Assembly (NCBI RefSeq): GCF_034039665.1
Contig: NZ_CP120131.1
Span: forward strand, 490,206 to 522,205
Source of the DNA: Mammaliicoccus sp. Dog046
Lineage (GTDB): Bacteria; Bacillota; Bacilli; Staphylococcales; Staphylococcaceae
Reading direction: 5' to 3'
Length of the DNA: 32,000 nucleotides
Shown in pieces: positions 1 through 8,623 of the stretch (positions are counted from its first letter, which is position 1; the number at the start of each line of letters is the position of its first letter). The position numbers and the translations under genes were made by a program. Under the pieces are notes generated by a model, which was not told the DNA's origin, did not search any database, and saw only the letters and a list, made by a program, of their open reading frames with translations.

Positions 1-263
1 CTGTTAAAGAAATCGAAATCGCTGTAACGCTTGTTGCTGAGAAGAAATTCTCACATATCCGCGTACATTCTATTAACATTAAAGAATATGAAACGAACTG
101 TGACAGTATTTTAAGACAGTCTATTAAATATATATTCAATAGTGAAACAGATCCAGTTACATTAATCAAAGTTAAAGATATTTATGAGTCATTAGAAGAC
201 GTTGCAGATAAATGTCAATTAGTAGCAAACAAACTAGAACAAATTATTATGAAAAATAGCTAA
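1..263 (+). CDS. DUF47/PhoU-like phosphate-transport accessory protein (YkaA/PitR type), C-terminal fragment; 5' end lies outside the window
   Basis: Open frame 3..263 ends at TAA 261-263 (...VKDIYESLEDVADKCQLVANKLEQIIMKNS*), 12 nt before the Pit start. DUF47 followed by Pit is the usual Firmicute operon. Confidence 0.75.
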   Translation, partial: VKEIEIAVTLVAEKKFSHIRVHSINIKEYETNCDSILRQSIKYIFNSETDPVTLIKVKDIYESLEDVADKCQLVANKLEQIIMKNS

Positions 264-275
264 GGAGTTTTAAAC

Positions 276-1274
276 ATGGATAGTTTACTCATTATTACCG
301 TAGCTATTGTTGTGTGTGCGTTACTTTTTGACTTTATTAATGGTTTCCATGATACAGCAAATGCTATCGCAACAGCAGTATCTACAAAAGCACTTAAACC
401 AAGACATGCAATTTTACTCGCAGCCGTTATGAACTTTATCGGTGCATTGATGGCTACAGGTGTAGCTAAGACAATTGCGAAAGATATTGTTGACCCATTT
501 AAATTAGAGAATGGTTCGATAGTTATTTTAGCTGCATTACTTTCAGCAATCACATGGAACCTAGTCACTTGGTACTTCGGTATTCCAAGTTCATCGTCAC
601 ATGCACTTATAGGATCAATTGCAGGTGCAGCAATCGCATCAGCAGGATTTGGTGTATTACACTATCAAGGGTTCTCGAAAATTATATTAGCGTTAATCGC
701 ATCTCCAATTCTTGCGTTTATCGTTGGTTTTATTATGTACTCTATATTTAAAGTAGTGTTTAAAAATAATAATTTAACGAAAACAAATAGAAACTTTAGA
801 TTTATACAAATCGGGACAGCAGCATTGCAAGCATTCTCCCATGGTACAAATGATGCTCAAAAAGCAATGGGTATCATCACAATGGCTCTTATTTCTGCAA
901 ACATGCAATCTACAACTGATATTGAATTATGGGTTAAAATTAGTTGTGCGACTGCAATGGGATTAGGAACAGCAGTAGGTGGTTGGAAAATCATTAAAAC
1001 TGTTGGTGGAAATATTATGAAAATACGCCCAGCTAATGGTGTAGCAGCAGATTTATCATCAGCTGCAGTAATATTTGGTGCAACATTTATCCATTTACCA
1101 GTTTCAACAACACATGTTGTATCATCTTCAATATTAGGTGTAGGTTCATCACAACGTGTTAAAGGTGTTAAATGGACAACAGCACAAAGAATGATTATTA
1201 CTTGGATTATTACATTACCAGTTTCAATCTTACTTGCATTTATCATTTACCATATTTGTGCGTTATTTGTATAA
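276..1274 (+). CDS. pitA: Inorganic phosphate transporter, PiT family
   Basis: 332 aa with SD TAAGGAG at 261-267. Duplicated PiT signatures GFHDTANAIATAVST and HGTNDAQKAMG; polytopic membrane protein. Confidence 0.95.
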   Translation: MDSLLIITVAIVVCALLFDFINGFHDTANAIATAVSTKALKPRHAILLAAVMNFIGALMATGVAKTIAKDIVDPFKLENGSIVILAALLSAITWNLVTWYFGIPSSSSHALIGSIAGAAIASAGFGVLHYQGFSKIILALIASPILAFIVGFIMYSIFKVVFKNNNLTKTNRNFRFIQIGTAALQAFSHGTNDAQKAMGIITMALISANMQSTTDIELWVKISCATAMGLGTAVGGWKIIKTVGGNIMKIRPANGVAADLSSAAVIFGATFIHLPVSTTHVVSSSILGVGSSQRVKGVKWTTAQRMIITWIITLPVSILLAFIIYHICALFV

Positions 1275-1284
1275 AAAATTTTAA

Positions 1285-1321
1285 AAACGCTTGAGGTATA
1301 TATTACCTCAGGCGTTTTTTT
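1285..1321 (+). terminator. Rho-independent terminator of pitA
   Basis: Stem ACGCTTGAGGTA (1287-1298) pairs with TACCTCAGGCGT (1304-1315), one G-U pair, followed by a T7 run. Confidence 0.8.
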
Positions 1322-1362
1322 GATATTTATAGTGTTTTTTGATATTTATAGTGTTTTTTGAT
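1316..1362. repeat. 19-bp tandem duplication (2.5 copies) of the terminator T-tract plus flank
   Basis: TTTTTTGATATTTATAGTG occurs at 1316-1334 and 1335-1353, with partial TTTTTTGAT at 1354-1362. Confidence 0.8.
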
Positions 1363-1380
1363 TAATGTGAGATAGGGACG

Positions 1381-1867
1381 GTCGTAGATTAACTTTGTAG
1401 TTAAGCGACAAGATTGGGTAAGTCGTAGATTAACTTTTGAATTAAGCGACGAGATGGCCAAAGTCGTAGATTAACTCTTGAATTAAGCGACGAGATGAGT
1501 GAAGTCGTAGATTAACTTTGTAGTTAAGCGACAAGATTGGGTAAGTCGTAGATTAACTTTTGAATTAAGCGACGAGATGGCCAAAGTCGTGAGTTAATTC
1601 CAAAGTTAATCCAAGAGATGACCAAAGTCGTGAGTTAACGCCAGAGTTAATCCAAGAGATGGCCAAAGTCGTGAGTTAACTCCGAAGTTAATCCAAGAGA
1701 AAGCCGAAGTCGTGAGTTAACGCCAAAGTTAATCCAAGAAAAGGGCCAAGTCGTGAGTTAACTCCGAAGTTAATCCAAGAGAAAGCCGAAGTCGTGAGTT
1801 AACGCCAAAGTTAATCCAAGAGATGAGGTAAGTCGTGAGTTAATTCCAAAGTTAATCCAAGAGTCGT
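1381..1867. repeat. Tandem array 1: 12 units of exactly 41 bp, in two subfamilies
   Basis: Units start at 1381, 1422, 1463, 1504, 1545 (type A, GTCGTAGATTAAC...TTAAGCGAC) and at 1586, 1627, 1668, 1709, 1750, 1791, 1832 (type B, GTCGTGAGTTAA...GTTAATCCAAGA). No ORF track entry (60 aa or longer) falls within the array. Confidence 0.95.
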
Positions 1868-1888
1868 ATCCCAAACTTCTATATAAAA

Positions 1889-1925
1889 TGAAAAAAGGTT
1901 CAGACCTTAAGTCTGAACCTTTTCG
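1889..1925 (-). terminator. Rho-independent terminator of the LysM-CHAP gene
   Basis: Stem AAAAGGTTCAGAC (1893-1905) pairs with GTCTGAACCTTTT (1911-1923). The A-run at 1891-1896 gives a T-run on the minus strand. Lies 4 nt after the stop. Confidence 0.8.
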
Positions 1926-1928
1926 TTA

Positions 1929-2747
1929 TTAATGAATGTATGAATAGTTGTAAACTTCTGATGCTGGTATTGTTCTGTAGTCTGTTACGCCTGGTGGTGT
2001 ATTGTAGTTTGTTTCAGAAATAAGCAAACTTCCATCAGCGTTGATTGATTCAACATAAGCAACGTGTCCATATTGTCCAGCTGTTGACTGCATGATTGAA
2101 CCGACTGCAGGTGTGCTATCTACACGGAAACCGTCAGCTTGTGCTGCGCCTGCCCAATATTTAGCGTCTCCCCAGTATGTACTAATTGAACTTCCAGCTT
2201 GTCCTCTACGATCAAATACATAATATGTACATTGACCCCAGTCATATAAATTTTGGTCATTAAATGATTGATTGCCAGTTGTTTGAGTTGGTTGTGTATT
2301 ACTTGCTGTTGTAGTTGCAGTTTCACTTCCGCTTCCACCAGCAATTTTTAATGTTTGACCAGGATAGATAATATAACCTTGTAATTGATTTGAATTCATA
2401 AGTTGGTCAACTGAAACACCATGTTGTTGAGCGATAACGTCTAATGAATCGCCGCTTTTCACTGTGTATGTAGAACCTGAAGTTGCTGTACTTGTACTAT
2501 CTTGAGAGCCACTTCCTCCAGCTGAACTACTTCCGTTTACAGTAATGACTTGTCCTGGGAATATCATGTTACCTGAAATATTGTTATTAGATTTCAGTTG
2601 GTCAACAGATGTACCATATTGATCGGCTATTTGCCATAAAGACTCACCATTTTTTACAGTATGTTGTGTAGATGCGTCTGCATCATGATGTGTAGCTAAT
2701 GCTGCAACACCTGAAACTGCTGTTACTGCGAATGCAAATTTTTTCAA
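1929..2747 (-). CDS. Secreted peptidoglycan hydrolase with signal peptide, 2 LysM domains and a C-terminal CHAP domain (SsaA/Sle1-like)
   Basis: 272 aa with TTG start at 2745-2747 and SD GAGGAGG. Signal peptide ends ...HHDADA. Two LysM repeats (HTVKNGESLWQIADQYG..., YTVKSGDSLDVIAQQHG...) separated by S/T/G linkers. CHAP motif GQCTYYVFDRR...GHVAYVE. Confidence 0.9.
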   Translation of the reverse strand: MKKFAFAVTAVSGVAALATHHDADASTQHTVKNGESLWQIADQYGTSVDQLKSNNNISGNMIFPGQVITVNGSSSAGGSGSQDSTSTATSGSTYTVKSGDSLDVIAQQHGVSVDQLMNSNQLQGYIIYPGQTLKIAGGSGSETATTTASNTQPTQTTGNQSFNDQNLYDWGQCTYYVFDRRGQAGSSISTYWGDAKYWAGAAQADGFRVDSTPAVGSIMQSTAGQYGHVAYVESINADGSLLISETNYNTPPGVTDYRTIPASEVYNYSYIH

Positions 2748-3064
2748 AGGCTTATCCTCCTCGTTTATCGTAAAATGTATAGAAACAGTTATCTGTAAAT
2801 ATATAAATCCTTCGATACCAGTAATGGTAACAAAAATCGTTATAGAAGTACTCTATGTCATCACTTTGTAATGAAAATACAATAATTGATGAATGACGAG
2901 TTTATGTGAAATGAAAGCGTAAAACTTGTGGGAATGGGATATTTTCGATATGTAAAAATATGTATGTGAATGGAATGTTACAGAAGGGTGATGTCTTCAT
3001 GTTTGAAAAGTGATGCTATACGATGTAAAATGTTGGTATCACTTAAGAGAAGGAATGATTACGA

Positions 3065-3712
3065 ATGAGTTATGAACAACATTATGATTCCCATAGCGCT
3101 AGTGATTCACATGGCTCAGCGATTAGAAAAACATGGTTATACTTTTTATATTATTGGGTGATATTTGGTGTCGGTACTTATATAGGACAATTTGTACCAC
3201 CAGCATTATATTTACCAATATCAATTGGTTTATTTGCATTAATAATGATTTCACTTTTTGTAAAATCTTCTAGAAAATTTAGCGGACTGATTTCAAATGT
3301 GTTTGCATTCTTAATAGGTGTACTTTCATATACATCATTTATGTATTATCTTGGTGCATTAGGCACGCAAGCATTTTATGGAAATATTGCATTAGCTATC
3401 GGTGCATTTGCGGCATTTGGAATATTAGGTTATTTCATGATTGACGATGCATCTGGTTTAGGAAAATATTTATTCGTAACATTAATCGCATTAATCGTAG
3501 CAAGTTTTGTTGGTTTATTCATAAATAATCCAATTTTCCATACTGTTATTTCAGTAATTGGTCTTGGCTTGTTCTTGCTGTATACTGTTTATGATTTTAA
3601 TAGAATGAAATTGGGGAACTTCTCACCTAGAGAAATGGGATTCAATTTATTTATTAACTTATTAAATATCATCATGCATATCTTAAGACTTGCGAGTATT
3701 TTAAAGGATTAA
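3065..3712 (+). CDS. Bax inhibitor-1/YccA family membrane protein
   Basis: 215 aa, about 7 TM. Family-typical C-terminal region LLYTVYDFNRM...NLFINLLNIIMHILRLASIL. Confidence 0.85.
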   Translation: MSYEQHYDSHSASDSHGSAIRKTWLYFLYYWVIFGVGTYIGQFVPPALYLPISIGLFALIMISLFVKSSRKFSGLISNVFAFLIGVLSYTSFMYYLGALGTQAFYGNIALAIGAFAAFGILGYFMIDDASGLGKYLFVTLIALIVASFVGLFINNPIFHTVISVIGLGLFLLYTVYDFNRMKLGNFSPREMGFNLFINLLNIIMHILRLASILKD

Positions 3713-3721
3713 TATAAAACT

Positions 3722-3767
3722 AAGTAAGCTCTGCCGATGTTATACAGGTGCAGGGCTTACTTTTTTT
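3722..3767 (+). terminator. Rho-independent terminator
   Basis: GTAAGCTCTGC (3724-3734) pairs with GCAGGGCTTAC (3750-3760), followed by T7. Confidence 0.8.
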
Positions 3768-3847
3768 GAACGGCAAACTTTGCGAGATTGATGCAATATT
3801 GTATAATAAGTATGTTAAATAACTCACTTTGAAAGAGAGATGGAATT

Positions 3848-4561
3848 ATGGGACGTAAATGGAATAATATTAAGGATAAAAAAGCCCAAAAAGATAAAAA
3901 TACGAGTAGAATATATGCGAAATTTGGTCGTGAAATATATGTTGCTGCTAAATCAGGTGAACCAGATCCAGAATCTAACCAAAACTTGAAATTCGTATTA
4001 GAAAAAGCTAAAACTTATTCTGTTCCAAAACACATTATAGATAGAGCAATTGAAAAAGCAAAAGGCGGAGCAGAAGAAAACTTTGATGAATTACGTTACG
4101 AAGGATTTGGCCCAAGTGGTTCAATGCTTATTGTAGATGCATTAACAAACAACGTTAATCGTACAGCAAGTGATGTGAGAGCAGCATTTGGTAAAAATGG
4201 TGGGAACATGGGTGTTTCTGGTTCAGTAGCTTACATGTTCAATCATACAGCTGTATTTGCATTTAAAGGTAACTCTGCTGATGAAATCTTTGAAGTACTA
4301 CTTGAAGCAGATTTAGATGTTAGAGATGTAATTGAAGAAGAAGAATTAACTATCGTCTATGCTGAACCTGATCAATTCGCACAAGTTCAAAATGTACTAA
4401 AAGAAAATGGTGTAGAAGACTTCGAAGTTGCTGAATTATCAATGTTAGCACAATCAGAAGTGACATTATCTGAAGAAGATCAAGAAACATTTGAAAAATT
4501 AGTAGACGCTATTGAAGAATTAGAAGATGTACAACAAGTCTTCCACAATGTAGATTTGTAA
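3848..4561 (+). CDS. YebC/PmpR family DNA-binding transcriptional regulator (YeeN-like subgroup)
   Basis: 237 aa. N-terminus [30 protein letters not shown] and ...YEGFGPSG... are hallmarks of the family. Confidence 0.95.
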   Translation: MGRKWNNIKDKKAQKDKNTSRIYAKFGREIYVAAKSGEPDPESNQNLKFVLEKAKTYSVPKHIIDRAIEKAKGGAEENFDELRYEGFGPSGSMLIVDALTNNVNRTASDVRAAFGKNGGNMGVSGSVAYMFNHTAVFAFKGNSADEIFEVLLEADLDVRDVIEEEELTIVYAEPDQFAQVQNVLKENGVEDFEVAELSMLAQSEVTLSEEDQETFEKLVDAIEELEDVQQVFHNVDL

Positions 4562-4570
4562 GGTTATCAT

Positions 4571-5056
4571 ATGATGAATAAAGAGAAATGGATTGAAACA
4601 CTTCAACTTTCAGCACATCCAGAAGGTGGCTATTATAGAGAAGTGATCAAATCTAATCAATCACTAGAAAGTGGAAATGCGTTATTTACAAGTATCTATT
4701 TTTTATTAGAGAAAGATAATATATCTCATTTTCATAGAATTCAATCAGATGAAGTTTGGTATTATCATGCTGGACAGACGTTGACAGTGCATATGATATA
4801 TCCAACTGGTGAATATAAAAAGGTCAAAGTAGGACCAAATGTTGAAAATGGCGATGTACTACAAACACTTGTACCTAAAGGTGTTATCTTTGCTTCAACA
4901 GTTGAAGGTGATAATGATTATGCTTTAGTAGGATGTATGTGTGCACCTGGATTTCAATTTGAAGCATTCGAATTATTTACACAAGATGAGTTATTACCTT
5001 TATATCCACAACATGAAGAAGCAATCAGAAAGTATGCATTTGCATCTGAAGAATAA
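4571..5056 (+). CDS. Cupin-fold DUF985 family protein
   Basis: 161 aa. HPEGGYYRE...IYFLL...SHFHRIQSDEVWYYHAG matches the DUF985 cupin pattern. Starts 10 nt after the YebC stop, so probably the same operon. Confidence 0.8.
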   Translation: MMNKEKWIETLQLSAHPEGGYYREVIKSNQSLESGNALFTSIYFLLEKDNISHFHRIQSDEVWYYHAGQTLTVHMIYPTGEYKKVKVGPNVENGDVLQTLVPKGVIFASTVEGDNDYALVGCMCAPGFQFEAFELFTQDELLPLYPQHEEAIRKYAFASEE

Positions 5057-5097
5057 AAATGAGGCTGGGACATAATATATGTCTCAGCCTCATTTTG
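5056..5097. terminator. Bidirectional terminator between convergent genes (GGCTGGGACATAATATATGTCTCAGCC family)
   Basis: A 17-bp stem at 5057-5073 pairs with 5079-5096. An A-run and a T-run flank it on either side. It abuts both stop codons. Confidence 0.85.
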
Positions 5098-6207
5098 TTA
5101 TAGTTCGCCGTATACTTCTAAAGCTGTTTCTATAACGTATGATAATTTTTCCCATTGTGCATCTTCTGTTAAAATATTTCCTTCTTCAGTTGATGCAAAT
5201 CCACATTGTGGACTTAAGCATAATTGGTCTTTGGCAACATATTGTGTTGCTTCATCAAGTCTGTTTAAGATGTTTTGTTTGTCTTCAAGTTCACCTGTTT
5301 TTGAAGTGAATAGTCCTAATACGATATAGGCATCTGTTCTATCAAAATGTCTTAAAGGTTCGAAATCACCAGAACGATTATCATCGTATTCTAAGAAGAA
5401 ACCTTGTAATTTTTCAGTGAATAATTCTTTAGCAATTGGTTCATAACCACCTGAAATTGCCCAAGATGATTGGTAGTTACCACGACAAATATGTGTTGTA
5501 ATAAGAAGGTCTTCAGGTAAATCTGCTAATGAATCATTGACTACTTTTGCAGCTAATTTAATCGCTTCTTCCTTCTCGTCTTCAGTGCGTTCTCTATTCT
5601 TAATTAATTGTTCTGTAGCAGCAAGGCCTGCCCAATAAACATCATCAATTTGTAAATAACGACAACCTAAGTCATAGAATTTCAAGATAGATTGACGATA
5701 TGCTTCTGAAACATCTTTAGCAAATTCATAAATATCAGGATAAATGTCATGATTTAATATGTTTGGATGGAAGAGTTGGTTCGGACTAGGTATAGAAACT
5801 TTACTTACGGCTCTGCCATTCACCTGTTTATGTAAGTAATCGAAATGTTCAAAGTGTGGATGCTCTGGATTGAATTCGACTTTACTGACAACTTTAACAT
5901 CATGTTTTTTCGTTTCAACACCGTTAAAAGTTAAACCAATTTCTGGTTCATAGTCTTCAACGCCAGTTAAGTTCTCTAAGAAATCAAAGTGCCAGTATGA
6001 ACGTCTGAATTCACCGTCAGTAATACTTTTTAGGCCGATTTCTAATTGTTTTTCAATGATTTTGTTAATTTCTTGATCTTCTACTTTACGTAATGCATCT
6101 TCTGAAATCTCGCCATTTGAATATTGTTTACGTGCCTCTTTCAAAGGTTCCGTTCTCAATAAACTACCAACGTGATCTGCACGAAAAGGTCTTATTTGTT
6201 CTCCCAA
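5098..6207 (-). CDS. Cobalamin-independent methionine synthase family protein (MetE C-terminal-domain-like, YxjG/YxjH type)
   Basis: 369 aa. N-terminal RADHVGSLLR, a single-domain size of about 370 aa, and C-terminal ...LSPQCGFAS (Zn-ligand Cys context) are typical of MetE-like proteins. Confidence 0.8.
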   Translation of the reverse strand: MGEQIRPFRADHVGSLLRTEPLKEARKQYSNGEISEDALRKVEDQEINKIIEKQLEIGLKSITDGEFRRSYWHFDFLENLTGVEDYEPEIGLTFNGVETKKHDVKVVSKVEFNPEHPHFEHFDYLHKQVNGRAVSKVSIPSPNQLFHPNILNHDIYPDIYEFAKDVSEAYRQSILKFYDLGCRYLQIDDVYWAGLAATEQLIKNRERTEDEKEEAIKLAAKVVNDSLADLPEDLLITTHICRGNYQSSWAISGGYEPIAKELFTEKLQGFFLEYDDNRSGDFEPLRHFDRTDAYIVLGLFTSKTGELEDKQNILNRLDEATQYVAKDQLCLSPQCGFASTEEGNILTEDAQWEKLSYVIETALEVYGEL

Positions 6208-6336
6208 TGTGATTCACTCCTATGTATATACTCAAAAAATTCTGAATAATTTAATATTCATTAAAAGTATCAAAGTCATACATCGTTGTCAATTAAATTT
6301 TGTTATAATAAAAAATAAAAGGAGGGAAATAAACTT

Positions 6337-7881
6337 TTGGCAAACAAGAATAAAATTAAATCTAAAAGTAATACAAAAAAAACTAAAAAGAAACCTGCTA
6401 TAACAAAGTCGAGAAAAAAATCTAAATCTAAAGATAAAAAAAGTAAATTCAAGAAAAAATACATATCTTGGCTGTTATGTGCGCTTTTGATTTTAGTTAT
6501 TATTGTTTCTATTTATCATGTGTTTAAGCCTCTACCACATAATGTTTCTACTTTAAGTCCAGAATCGAGAACAAATAATTTAGAATTACTAACGGATGTG
6601 ACTTATCAATCTGGAAATAAAGTAAAGGCAAAACAAGAAATATTTGATAAAGTAAATGAAACAATCGAAGAAGCGGATGACTTTATCATCATGGATATGT
6701 TCCTATTTAATGCATATAAAATGGATGACAGATCATATCCAAACATCGCAGACCGATTGACAAAGTCACTCGTTGCGAAGAAAAAATCCAATCCAAACAT
6801 GAGAATTATTGTGGTGACTGATCCTCTTAATACATTCTATGGTTCATACACGCCACCAAATATTAAAGAATTAAAAGAGAATAACATCGAGGTACATTAC
6901 ACTAATTTAAGAAAATTAAGAGATGTGAACCCTATATATTCAGGCGGATATCGTACTTTTGGACAATGGTTTGGTAATAGTGAAAACGGTATGTTAAGAA
7001 ACCCATTGAGTCAGCAAGCACCGAATGTAACAGTTAGAGGGTATCTTGATCTATTTAACTTGAAAGCAAATCATAGAAAGACACTTGTGACAGAGAAACA
7101 TGGTATGGTCTTAACAAGTAACCCACACGATTCTAGTGGTTATCATCAAAATGTAGGCGTCCGGTTTACAGGTCCATTACAAAAATCGTTGATTAAATCT
7201 GAATTAGCTGTCGCAAATATGAGTGGGGCACACTATTCGGCAGATGACTTTAACATCAAAGAAAATAGTTGGGACGACGATGATGATTACAGTGTACAAT
7301 TAGCAACAGAAGGAAAAATCAAAGAACAAATGATTAAACATATTAGAAAGCTTCAGTCTAAAGATCGTCTTTCAATAGGTATGTTTTATTTGTCAGATAG
7401 AGATGTTGTTAATGAACTCGTTAAAGCATCTAAGAGGAACGTAGATGTTAAACTGATCTTAGATATTAATAAAGATGCTTTTGGTAGAAAGAAAAATGGT
7501 GTACCTAATAAACCTGTAGCGAGTGAATTAATTAATCGCTCAAATGGTAATATTAAAGTACGATGGGCAATCACACACGGCGAACAATTCCATTCGAAAT
7601 ATTTATTGATGGAACAACATGAGAATAAAGATGCAACAATGATCTTAGGTTCTGCTAATTTAACAAAAAGAAATATCGGTGATTATAACCTTGAATCGGA
7701 TATTATTATAAAAGGTAAGCAAGATAGTAAACCATTTAAAAAATTATCAAACACATTTAATGATGAATGGAACAATAAAAATCATAAGATGACATCACAA
7801 TATAGTGACTATAAAGATGAATCACTGTTGAAAAAGGTATTATATCGTATACAAGAAAAAACTGGACTATCAAGTTTTTAA
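6337..7881 (+). CDS. Membrane-anchored phospholipase D superfamily protein (two HxK motifs) with a polybasic N-terminal tail
   Basis: 514 aa with TTG start 10 nt after SD AGGAGGG. 20 K plus 1 R in the first 42 residues, then one TM (ISWLLCALLILVIIVSIY). HRKTLVTE...TSN and HSKYLLME...GSANLTKRN are PLD-type motifs. Confidence 0.8.
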   Translation: MANKNKIKSKSNTKKTKKKPAITKSRKKSKSKDKKSKFKKKYISWLLCALLILVIIVSIYHVFKPLPHNVSTLSPESRTNNLELLTDVTYQSGNKVKAKQEIFDKVNETIEEADDFIIMDMFLFNAYKMDDRSYPNIADRLTKSLVAKKKSNPNMRIIVVTDPLNTFYGSYTPPNIKELKENNIEVHYTNLRKLRDVNPIYSGGYRTFGQWFGNSENGMLRNPLSQQAPNVTVRGYLDLFNLKANHRKTLVTEKHGMVLTSNPHDSSGYHQNVGVRFTGPLQKSLIKSELAVANMSGAHYSADDFNIKENSWDDDDDYSVQLATEGKIKEQMIKHIRKLQSKDRLSIGMFYLSDRDVVNELVKASKRNVDVKLILDINKDAFGRKKNGVPNKPVASELINRSNGNIKVRWAITHGEQFHSKYLLMEQHENKDATMILGSANLTKRNIGDYNLESDIIIKGKQDSKPFKKLSNTFNDEWNNKNHKMTSQYSDYKDESLLKKVLYRIQEKTGLSSF

Positions 7882-7908
7882 TGAAATACGATTATCAATC
7901 AATATAAA

Positions 7909-7948
7909 GAAGCGGCTAGGACACAATCAAGTTGTCCTAGCCGCTTTA
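7909..7948. terminator. Bidirectional terminator between convergent genes
   Basis: AAGCGGCTAGGACA (7910-7923) pairs with TGTCCTAGCCGCTT (7933-7946). Confidence 0.85.
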
Positions 7949-7950
7949 TA

Positions 7951-8502
7951 TTATCTATTCATCTTAATAATATTACGATACATAATATCAGCCATCTTAT
8001 CTGATTCTTCTTCGCATCCATTTTTTAACCAACTATAAATAGAAGCAATTTGTCCACCTACAGTATAATCAAGAAAGAAATTAATATCTTGTATAGAGCT
8101 AATGCGTAGTATTAATTGTTCAAATCTTGTTCTGATTAATTTAATGAAATCTATTATAAATTCTCTTTCAGGATGAGCAACACATACGCTAGTGAAAAAT
8201 CGCTGGTGTCTACTTACATAATAAAAGATATTTACAAAATATTGCTTAATATATTTATGTCGATCGTCAGGATGATCGATGAGTAACTGTTCGATGTTAT
8301 CCATTAAAGTTTCATAATTAGTCATATGGAATTTTTTGATTTCTGAGTATGTATCATATTTGTCTTTAAAATGGGCATAAAAAGTTGAACGATTAATGCC
8401 ACATTCTGCACATAACATTTTAATTGTTATTTCATCAAAATGATAATGTTCTAACAAGTAAACCATGTTACTCGTAATTAGTTGTCTCGCATGTTTTTTC
8501 AT
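7951..8502 (-). CDS. TetR/AcrR family transcriptional regulator
   Basis: 183 aa. N-terminal HTH ITIKMLCAECGINRSTFYAHFKDKYD. SD AGAGGTGA. Divergent from the efflux pair. Confidence 0.9.
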   Translation of the reverse strand: MKKHARQLITSNMVYLLEHYHFDEITIKMLCAECGINRSTFYAHFKDKYDTYSEIKKFHMTNYETLMDNIEQLLIDHPDDRHKYIKQYFVNIFYYVSRHQRFFTSVCVAHPEREFIIDFIKLIRTRFEQLILRISSIQDINFFLDYTVGGQIASIYSWLKNGCEEESDKMADIMYRNIIKMNR

Positions 8503-8623
8503 AGTTCACCTCTAATAAATACATAATGTACATTTTATCAAATATCCAGAAGAATATACATTAATATTGGTTTCAAAAATGAATATATTATGAACAAATA
8601 TCTGATTTTTTTGTTAATTTAAC

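Noticed and set aside
260-1246. ORFs antisense to or out of frame within pitA (260..568 -, 554..751 +, 857..1246 -)
   Set aside because: They lie entirely inside a confidently identified PiT transporter gene, with no SD. They are typical shadow frames.
1381-1867. CRISPR array interpretation of the 41-bp (and the 39/51/52-bp) tandem repeats
   Set aside because: The units are contiguous. The only variable part is about 10 nt, far shorter than a spacer, and identical 'spacers' recur. No cas genes or leader are present in the window.
6208-6336. Riboswitch, T-box or S-box leader upstream of the MetE-like gene
   Set aside because: Only about 129 nt separate it from the divergent PLD gene. I could not find the conserved S-box or T-box helices or a terminator/antiterminator pair.
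6209-6403. 64-aa ORF in the MetE-like/PLD divergent region
   Set aside because: It starts directly against the MetE-like start codon on the other strand and runs out of frame into the PLD gene. It has no SD, and its AT-rich low-complexity translation is unconvincing.
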